NCBI GenBank assembly: GCA_951406725.2
Contig: OX597833.1
Location: forward strand, 22,382,001 to 22,446,000
Direction of reading: 5' to 3'
Length of the DNA: 64,000 nt
DNA from: Octopus vulgaris
Lineage: Eukaryota
Under the pieces are notes generated by a model. It was not told the DNA's origin. It searched no databases and was given only the letters and a program-made list of their open reading frames with translations. Below are positions 53,911-64,000 of this stretch, piece after piece. Both the position numbers and the translations under genes were made by a program. Numbering within the stretch: the first letter of the stretch is position 1; every line of letters begins with the position of its first letter.

Positions 53911-56900
53911 TTTCATTACATATATAAAAAAAGCCTGAAAATGAAGCAAAACATACCACTTCTTTTCTTTTAAGTCATCAGTCCTGTCAACATTTTTAGA
54001 GTAGGACAATTATAACTTTGGTAAGAATTAATTGCATTCCATCATCATGGCTAGCAGCTTTCATTCGGTGTTCTGTCACATTTTTTGCCAAACCTCCACC
54101 ATATAGCCACCGTCAATTTGTCACAATTCTTCCATCATACAGTTGTCACCAGTGTCATCTCATCTGCAAAAGAAAATATCTGGAGATACTCACCTCTTCT
54201 TTCAGTTTCACAAGTTGATAATGATCAGCCACTCTTTTTCAATATATAAATCTCAGAAGTTCAAATTATCACCATCACATTTCACAATTCTCATGGAGAC
54301 TGGCGGCAACTGTAAGCGGCTTCCATTAAATGTTCTACCAGTTTTCACCAGCTTTCATCATGTCTATCATAGTTGACACCAGTCTCCAGATGGCCTATGA
54401 TACTTGCCATATCTCCATCCCAGTTGTCAATCTACAGATGTTCCACCACACTTAATCTCATCTACAAAGGAAAATAACTGAAAAGAATCCTTCACCCGGT
54501 CTCATAAATCAGTAACAATGTGCCACAGTCACTTCAGTTATGAAGCTGTCTCAAATGTTCAAATCATCACCATTGATCTCATTTTACAATAGACACCACA
54601 GTTGCAAATCTCCATCAGAAGTTCCACAATTGCCAGTTTCCATCATCAGAAGTTCTATCAGAGTTGCCAGTCTTCATTATAAGTTCCACCACTGCTGTCA
54701 TAAGTAACCAGATGTTCCATCAAATGTTGCTTTCTGTTAGTAGATGTTCTATAATTGTTGCTATCAGTTTTCAGATGTGCCAGAGTTGTCACCAGTCTCC
54801 AGATGCTCCATCATTGTTGCCAGATGTTCCATCTAAGTCATCATCACAGTAGCCACCAACCTCCGGGAGATGTACCATCAGTTTCCACCAGCCTCCATTA
54901 GATGTTCCAACACAGATGCCACCAGCCTACATCAGATGTACCATCAAAGTTGCTACCAGTCTCTGTGAAATGTACCATCACAGTCGCCACCAGCCTCCAC
55001 CAGATGTTCTTTCACACTTTCCACCAGCCTCCAACAGATGTACCATCAAAGTTGCCACCAGCCTCAATTAGATGTTCCAACACAGTTGCCACCATCCTCC
55101 GGGAGATGTACCATCACAATTGCCACCAGCCTCCATCAGATGTACTATCACCGTTGCCAACACCCTCCATCAGATGTACCATCACAGTTGCCACTAGTCT
55201 CCACAAGCTGTTCCATCACAGTCGTCACCAGTCTCCACGAGCTGTTCCATCACAGTCGCCACCACCTCTGTGGGATGTACCATCACAGTTACCACCAGCC
55301 TTCATCAGATGTTCCATCAGTTGCCACCATCCTCCGGGAGATGTACCATCACAGTTGCCGCCAGTCTCCATGAGATGTTCCACCACACTTGCCACCAGTA
55401 TCCACGAGATGTTGCATCAGTTGCCACCAGCGTCTGCGAGATGTACCAACAGTTGCCACCAGCCTCCATCAGATGTTCCAACTGTTGCCACCAATCCCCA
55501 CAAGCTGTTTCCATCACAGTCACCACCAGTCTCCATGAGATCACAGTCGCCACCCGTTTCCACGAGATGTTTCATCACAGTTACCACTAGAGATTTTCCA
55601 CCACAGTTGCCACCAGATGTTCTATCACAGTTACCACTAGCCTCCAGATGATCTGTCATAATTGCCACCAGTTTCTTGTCTGATTCATGAGATATTGAAA
55701 AACCTGAAAATGAAGCAGAATGAGCAACTTCTTCCCTCCTAAGTCACCAGTCCTATAAATATTTCTAGATGTTTGGGACAGGTCAATCACAATTTTGGAA
55801 ATATTCATTAGTCTCCACCAGATGCTCCACAAGAGCTGCCACCAGTTTCCATTAGATGTTCCACCACTTAACCTCATCTACAAAGGAAAATAACTGAAAA
55901 GAATCCTTCACCCAGTCTCATAAATCAGCAACAATGTCTCAAATGTTCAAATCATCACCACTGATCTCATTTTACAATAGACTTCAGTGCTTTGAGATTT
56001 TTTTGTTAGTAGTTTTCATTAGCAATTCCAGGGTTGTTGCCAGCTTCCATTAGATGTACTGCCACAGTTGTCACCAGCCTCCTTCAGATGTTCAATCAGT
56101 TGCCACCAGTCTCTTGATGGATCTACCACAGTTGCTACAGCTTCCAGATAATCTACCACAGTTGTCACCAATCTCTTGTCTGAATCATTAGATATCAAAA
56201 AAACCTGAAAATGAAAAGCCAGTTCTTTTTTCCTGAGATAACTAGCCCTTTCAAGACTTGATTAGGGCAGGTCCATCATAACTTTCATAATAACAATGAG
56301 TTGCATTCCATTCTAACTGCCACCAGCTTTCATCAGATGTCTGGTCACCCGTTTTACCAATTTCCAATAGATAATGTTCATTGGTAGACACTATCTGCCA
56401 CTGTGTTTTTTAACAGGCAATTATTCTCAAGGAGATTCCACAATTTGTTATACATCTACTAGAGTTGTCATTCACAGGTTGTCAATTATAAATGTCATCC
56501 TTATCTGCAAAAAAAAAATACTCAGAAAGAAAACTCACCTCTTCTTTCAGTCTCACAAATCAGCAATGAGCCACAGTTTTGACAATACATAAAAATTGTC
56601 TCAGAAGTTCACAAATAATCATATGTTTCACAACAGACAACACTACACTCTGAATATTCTTTTGTAAGCAGCTTTCATCAGACATTTCAGCCATCTGCTT
56701 ACATTATGTTTCATCGCAGTTGCTATCAGTCTCTAGATGTTCAATAGTAGTTGTCATCAGTCTCCAGATACTCCATCACAGTTGCCAAGAATCTTCAGAT
56801 GCTCCACCAGTTACCACTAGTATCTTGTCTGATTCATAAAGATATCAAATGCCCAAAAATGAAGCAAAATGAACCACTTCTTTCCTCCTAAGTTACCAGT

Positions 56901-59900
56901 CCTCTCAACATTTGTAGATGATTAGGACAGGATAATCAACTTTGGTGAGAATCATTGTTGCATTCCATCACAATTGCCTTCAGCTTTTTCATTAAATGTT
57001 CCATTTGTCACAAACTTATCTCTTCTTTCAGCCTGAAAAATCAGTAATGACAAGCCAGTCTCTTTGATATATAAAGCTGTCTCAGGTGTTCACAAATCAT
57101 CACCAACCATTACATTTCACAACAGACACGGCTATGATATGCAGAGATTCTTTTGTAAGCAGCTTTCATTGGACATTCAGAACTGTCATCAGCTTCCACA
57201 AGTTGTTCTACCACAATTGTCACCAGTCTCCATCAGATGTTCCTTCACAGTTGCCACGTCTCCATCCACTGTTCAATTGCAATTGCCATCTATTGTTCAA
57301 TTGCAGTTGTCACCTGTCTTCATCTGATGTTCCATCACAGTTGCCACTCTCCAATAGATGTTTCACCTCAGCTGTCAATTTCTAATCAGAATTATATACA
57401 CAGTTGCCACCAGTTTCTTGTCTAATTCATTAGATAATAAAAAGCCTGAAATGAAGCAAAATGAGCCAACTCTTTCTCCTAAAGTTACCACTCCTGTCAA
57501 CATTTGAATGTTATCCTCATCTGCAAAGTAAAGAAAAAGTGACTTGTCTCTAGATATTTTTTCACAGTTTCCACCATTCTTCGTAAGATGTTCCATCACA
57601 GTTGCAACCAGCTTCCATCAGATGTACCATCAGAGTTGCTACCAGCCTTCATCAGATGTACCATCACAGTTACCACCAGCCTCCATCAGATGTACTGTAA
57701 TTACCAATCTCCTTCAAATATTCCATCATAGTTGGCACCAGTCTTCATTAGATGTTCTACAGTTGCCTCCAGTTTCTTGTTTCACCAATTACACATACAA
57801 AAAAGCCTGAAAATAAAGGAAATCAAACCACTTTTTCTTCCCAAGACATCAGTTCTGTAAACATTTGCAGATTTTAAAAGTTCTATTAGTAGGCACCATC
57901 TTCCACTGCATTATCCATCAGAGGTTCCACCAAAGTCACAAATGTTCCATCATACAACGGTCTCCAGTTGGTTGTCAATTACAGATGTCATGCTTATCTT
58001 CAAAAGAAAAACTCACCCACAGCCTCTACAATATACAAAGTTGTCTCAGACGTTCAAGTCACCACCAGCCATCAAATTTCATAGTAGACATCACCGTTGT
58101 ACTTGGAGACTTGTTTTATGTATCATCCATGCACTGCCTAAACAAGATAAACCTAAAATCAAAAACAAAATGTACCTCCACTTCCATCATGAGCCTGGCA
58201 ACATCACTATTCACATGTTCCATTACAGCTGTCCAATGTTCCACAGTTGCCATCATTCTCCATTAGATGTTCCATCCCAGTCACCACCAGTTTCCAGTAG
58301 ATGTTCCATCACAATTGTCACTAGTCTATTGTTTGATTACAGTTGCCACTAGTCACCATTAGAAGTTTCTCTCTGTTGCTATCAGCAAACAGATGTCCAA
58401 TCAGAGTTGCTAGCAGTCACCATTAGAAGTTCCAGCTTGCTTGCCATCAATTGTCAGATGCTCCATCACACTTGCCATTAGTCTCCAGATGTTCCACTGT
58501 AATTGCCACCATTCTCCATTAGATGTTCCATTGCAGCTGCCACCAGTTCTCATTAGATGTTCCATCCAAGTTGTCATTAGCCTCCATCAGGTGTACCATC
58601 ATAATTCCAGCCAATTCTTCTTTTGATATACATTCACAGATGCCACCAGCCTCCATCAGATCTTCCATCACAAATGTCTGTCCACAGTTTGTCTCACCAA
58701 TTTACATATACAAAAAAGCCTGAAAATCAAGAAAATCATAGCACTTCTTTTCCAAGTCACCAGTCCTGTTAAATTCATAGATGTTTAAAAGTAGGTCCAT
58801 CATAACTTTGGTAGTAATCTAAACTTGCATCCCATGAAAATTGCCGTCACCCTTTTTACCAATTTCCAGTAAATAAATGTTCTATTAGAAGGCACCATCT
58901 TCCACTCTATTTTCCATCAGACAATTTTCCTCATGGAGATTCCACCAATGTCATAAATCTTCCGTCATACAGCTGTCTTGGTTGGTCATAAATTACAGAC
59001 GTCATACTCATCTGCAAAAGAGAACTTTAAAAAGAAAAACTTACCTCTTCTTTCAGTATTGCAAATCAGCAATGATGAACCACAGCCTCTTCAATATACG
59101 AAGTTGCCTCAGATGTCCAAATCATCACCAGCCATCAAATTTTGTAGAAAATGCCACCTTGGTACTTGGAGATTCTCTTGTTTTATTTATGACCTGCCAG
59201 ACAATGGTCACATAACAATAAACCTGAAATTAAAACAAATACCTCCACTTCCATCATGAGCTTGGTAAAAATCATTATTCACATGTTCCGCAGGTGCCAC
59301 CATTCTCCATTAGACATATCATCACAGCTGCTACTAGTCCCCATTAGAAGTTCCATGACGGTTGCCATCATTTTCCAGATGTTCCATCACAGTAGCCACC
59401 AGTTTCCATCAGACATTCCATCACAGTTGTCACCAGTCTCTTAACCGAATCATTCCATGTCATAAAACCTGAAAATGAACCTCTTCTTTCCTCTTAACTT
59501 GCTAGTTCTCTTGGAGTGAGACGTCATTCTCGTCTGCTAAAGGCATTTCATGGAGAAAAGTCTCCAAGCATTTATTCAGTTGCCATCAATCATCAGATGT
59601 TTCATCGCAGTTGCCACCAGTCTTCATTAGTTGCTCCATCACAGCTGTTACCAGTCTCTATCAGATGTTCCATTACAATTGCTAGTCTTAAATGTTCCAT
59701 CACAGTTGCCTCCAGTTTCTTGTCTCACCAGTCACAGGGACGAAAAAGCCTTAAGATCAAGGCAATCAAACCACATTTTTCTTCCCAAGTCACCAGTCCT
59801 GTTAACATTTGCAGTTGTATATAAACAGGGCCATAACTTTGGTAGTAATCTAAATTTGTATTCTATGAAAACTGCCAACAGCCTTTCTACCATTTTCCAG

Positions 59901-62900
59901 TGCATAAATGTTCTATTAGTAAGCACCATCTTCCACTGTATTATCCATCAGACAATTTTCCACAAAGAAATTCCAAACAGCTGTCACCAGTTGGTTGTCA
60001 ATTACAGATGTTATTCTTATCTGCAAAAGAAAACATTTGAAAAGAAAAACTCACCTCTTCTTTTTGTGTCACAAATCAGCAATAATCTATAGTCTCTGCA
60101 ATATACTAAGTTGTCTCAGATGTTCAAATCACCATCAATTCTCATTAGATGTTCCAGAGTCTCTACCATTTTTTGTTAGACATTCAATCGCAGTTGCCAC
60201 AAATTTCCATTAGCTGTTCCATTGCAGTTGTCACCACAGATTCAAATCTCCACTAGAAGCTCCAAAGTTGTCACAAGTTTCTTGTCTGACTTGTTAGATT
60301 CTAAAAAACCTGAAATTAAGCAAAACAAACCACTTCTTTCCTCCAAAGTCACCAGTCAACATTTGCAGATGTCCAAAGGCATGTCTACAGTAACTTCGAT
60401 AATAATCACTAGTTGCATTCCATCACAACTGCCACCAACTTTCATTACATGGTCTGTCCGCGTTTTGCCAGTTTCCAGTAGACTGTTCTATCAGTAAGCA
60501 TAAACTACTGTAGTACATCCTACCAGACAATAATCCTCAAGCAGATTCTACCATATAATCAATTTGTCACAAATATTCCATTAGGGAGTTCTCACCAGCT
60601 GGTTGTTAATTACAGATGTTATCCTTATCTGTGGAAGAAAAACTCACCTCTTCTTTCAGTCTCACATGATGAACCACATTCTCTTCAACATATAAAGCTG
60701 TCTCAGAAGTTCACAAATCCTCAACCATCTTCTTTCACAATAGACATCACTGTGCCATGTTGAGGTTCACTTGTAAGCAGCTTTCATTAAATATTTCAGA
60801 GCTGTCATCAGCTTCCATGAGATGTTCTACAACACTTGCCACTAGTCTTCATGTTCCATCACAGTTGCCAGTCACCATCAGCCTCCAGATGTTCAATAAG
60901 TTGGCATCAGTCTCCTGATAATCCACCATAGTCATCACTACTTCCTTGTCCAGTTCATTTGATACAAAAATGTCTTGCAGATGTGATCCTTATCTGCAAC
61001 AGAAAATATCTCAAAAGCAAAACTAACCTCTTCTTTCAGTCTCACAAATTGGTAAAAGTGACCAGTCTCCAGACGTTTTTCAGTTGCCATTCGTTGTTCT
61101 GTTACCATTGCCATTAAAGTCCTCATACTCCATGACCATTGCCACAAGTCTCCATTAGAAGTTTCATGACAGTTGCCTTCAGAAACCAGATGACCCATTA
61201 CAGTTGCCAGATAACAGCAGCCACCCACATCCATCAGACATTTCATCACTCTCCCAATAGCTTTCCACAGTTGCCATTAGTTGCTCTATCCTGTTGCCAC
61301 CAGTCCCAATCAGATGCTTCTTCACTTGCCACCGATGTCCACATCTTCCATGACCATTGCCACCAGTTACCATCAGAAACTAGATGTTCCATCAGTTGCC
61401 AGATGTTCTATCACAGTATGAACTTTAACCATCAGTTATTCATCACATGTTCTCCATCAGATGTTCCACCACAGTTGTCTCCAGTTTCTTGTCTCACCAA
61501 TCACATAGATGAAAAAGCCTGAAAATAAAGGGAAGCGAACTACTTCTTTCCTCCCAATCAGTTCTGTGAACATTTGCAGATACTGGTCCATCATAACTCT
61601 GGTGGTAAGCTAATTTTCTGCAGATACATTTATTTGTACACACCATTATCCATCAGACGATTTTCCTCATGGGAGATTCCACAAAAGAGTCACCACCAAC
61701 TGGGAAAAATCTTTCTATCATACAGATGTCATCATCTGCAAAACAAAAAACATCCACAAAGAAAATCTCACCTCTTTTTTCAGTCTTGCAAATTGGCAAT
61801 ATATGAAGTTTTCTCAGATGTTCAAATCATCACCAGCCATCAAGTTTCATAATAAACATTGTTGTAGTACTTGGAAATTTTCTTGTGTTACCATCACTTG
61901 TCAACTGCCAATTGGACGCACAAGAATAAGCCTGAAATTCAAAGTGTACCCTGCACATCTATCACAAGCTTGGTAACAGAACTATTCACATTCCCTTACA
62001 GCTGTCTTTAAATGTTCCAGTCTCCACCATTTTCTGTTAGATGTTCCATCATAGCTGCCACACAGGCCATTAGATGTTCCTATCACAGTTGATACAAGTG
62101 TCCATTGGATGGCCAAGAAGTTCCTAAGTTGTCACCAGTTTCTTCTTTGACTTAAGATAACAAAAATCCTGAAAATGAAGCCAAACAAAGCATTTCTTTC
62201 TTCTAAAGTCACCAGTCAACATTTGCAGATGTCCACATGCAAGTCCACCATAACTTCAATAATTAGTTGCATTCTATCACAATTTCCAATAGATTATATT
62301 CCATTTGCAGGCATCAGCTTATATAATACATCCTACCAGACAATTATCTTCAAGATTCCATCATGTAGTTACCATCAAATAGTCACAAATATTTCATCCA
62401 AAAATTGCCACCAGTCCTTTGTCAATTACAGACATCATCTGCAGAAAAAAATACCAGAAGATAAACTCACCTCTTCTTTCAGTCTAACAATTTGGCAATG
62501 ATGAACCAGTCTCTTCAACATATATAGCAGTCTTAGAAGTTTACACATCATCAACAACCATCAGGTTTCATAATAGACATCACTATGTTGAGGTTCTTTT
62601 TCAAGTAGCTCTTATTAGATATTTCAGAGCTGGCACCAGCCTACATAAGATTTTCAACCACACTTGCCAGTCTTCATTGTATTGCCAATCTCCATCAGAT
62701 GTTCTAAAGTTGCCATTGATCTCCAGATGTCCAACAAGACTTGCTATCAGTCTCCAAATGTTCAATCAGTCAACACTACTCTCCAGATGATCCACCATAG
62801 TTACCACTAGTCCCTTGTCCAACTCCTCAAATATGAAAATGTCTGAAAACAAAGCAAAAGAAACCACTTCTTTCCTCCAAATTTACCAGTCTTGTTGACA

Positions 62901-63654
62901 TTTGTAGATGTCCAAACACGTGTGCACAGTAACTACGATAATAATTAGTTGAATTCTATCAAATATTTCGTCCAAAAGTTGCAACGAGTTGGTTATCAAC
63001 TACAGATGTCATCCACATCTAGAGAAAAAAATAGTCAAAGAAAAGCTCACCTCTTCTTTCAATCTCACTAATTGGTGATGATGAGCCAGTCTCTTCGATA
63101 CATGAAGCTGTTTCATTATGTCTTAAAGCAGACACCACTAAGCTATGCAATGATTCTTTTCTAAGCAGCGCTTATTAGGAATTCAGACCTGTCACCATTT
63201 CCATTAGTAGTTCTGCCACATTTGTCACCAGTGTGTCATATGTTCCATCACAGTCGCATCCAGTCACAAATCTTTTATCATAGAGCTGTCTCCAGTTAGT
63301 TGTCAATTATAGATGTCATCATTTTCTGCAAAAGAAAACCTCAGAGAAGAAAAACTCACCTCATCATTCAGCTTCACAAATCAGCATAGTCTCTGCAATA
63401 TACAAAAGTTGCCTCAGACACTCAAATCATCATCAGTCGTCAAGTTTCTTTGCAAGCATCGTTGAGGTACTTGGGAGTTTCTCTTGTGTTACCATCACTC
63501 ATCAACCGTCAAATACTGGACAAATGAAAATAGGCCTGAAATTCAAGCAAAATGTACCTCCACTTCAGTTTCCAGATGTTACATCACGGTTGGTACCCAT
63601 CTCTAGACATTACATCATGGTTGCCACCAGTCTCCATAAGATTCTATTACAATT

Positions 63655-63890
63655 GCCACCAGTGCCCATCAGATGATTCTATTAGTTGCCACCAGTCACT
63701 ATCACATGTTCATCTGTTGCTACCAGTCACCATCAGCTGCTCCAGCTTTTGCTACCAGTCACCATCAGATGCTCCACCTGTTGCTACTAGTCACCATCAG
63801 ATGCTCCATCTGTTGCTACCAGTCACCATCAGTTGCTCCATCAGTTGCTACCGCTCACCATCAGATGCTCCATCAGTTGCTACCAGTATT
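63655..63890. repeat. 32-bp tandem array (~7 copies)
   Basis: Unit CTACCAGTCACCATCAGATGCTCCATCAGTTG. Confidence 0.8.
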
Positions 63891-64000
63891 ATCTCGAACT
63901 CCATGAAAATTGCTAACAGCCTTTTCTACCAATTTCCAGTAAACAAATGTTCTATTAGTAGGCACCATCTTCTACTGTATTATCCTTCAGACTATTTTCT

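Larger units (their letters stand above)
26130..64000 (-). ncRNA. Putative long repeat-rich lncRNA locus; 5' end beyond the window
   Basis: Inference from co-oriented splice signals, strand skew, absence of long minus-strand ORFs and a terminal poly(A) signal. There is no transcript evidence. Confidence 0.45.
39900..64000 (-). repeat. Complex modular repeat domain: 31-34-bp microrepeats interleaved with two recurrent splice-site cassettes
   Basis: Recurring blocks CCTGAAAATGAAGCAAAA..ACCTCCACTTC (~30 copies) and ATCTGCAAAAGAAAA...AACTCACCTCTTCTTTCAGTCTCACAAATCAGCAATGA (~23 copies), separated by CACAGTTG(T/C)CACCAG...AGATGTTCCAT units. Confidence 0.9.

Noticed and set aside
45838-55651. Plus-strand repetitive ORFs (MFHHSCHQSPDVPSQL...)
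   Set aside because: Units of 31 and 34 bp are not multiples of 3, so the same peptide cycles through all frames; no evidence of coding constraint.
39900-64000. Protein-coding gene with ultra-short introns
   Set aside because: Segments between cassettes are dense in minus-strand stop triplets and vary by non-triplet indels; the ORF track shows only short, mostly repeat-derived minus-strand ORFs.

Overview
AT-rich eukaryotic DNA, most likely an octopus or other cephalopod, judged from the tRNA-derived SINE families and microsatellites (inferred, not database-confirmed). Bases 1-14.4 kb hold the first eight coding exons of CTU2 on the minus strand, with SINE/MITE-filled introns; the gene continues off the left edge. 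Bases 15-25 kb are transposon-rich: SINEs, a MITE, a full-length decayed Ty3/Gypsy (Mag-like) LTR retrotransposon with 252-bp LTRs and a 5-bp TSD, an 18S rRNA fragment and a decayed LINE. Bases 26-64 kb are very different: a nearly TE-free, strand-skewed, non-coding repeat domain. It has a 44-bp-monomer satellite with a homogenised 132-bp (3x44) core, followed by about 24 kb of modules built from 31-34-bp repeats. These modules carry roughly 50 minus-strand cassettes in which a 5' splice site is followed only about 22 nt or 30-39 nt later by a polypyrimidine tract and 3' splice site. With a minus-strand poly(A) signal near 26.15 kb, this suggests a long (>38 kb) repeat-built lncRNA locus with an unusual splice-site array. 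This is the main candidate for an undescribed system; it is an inference that needs transcript data. All counts were made by eye.
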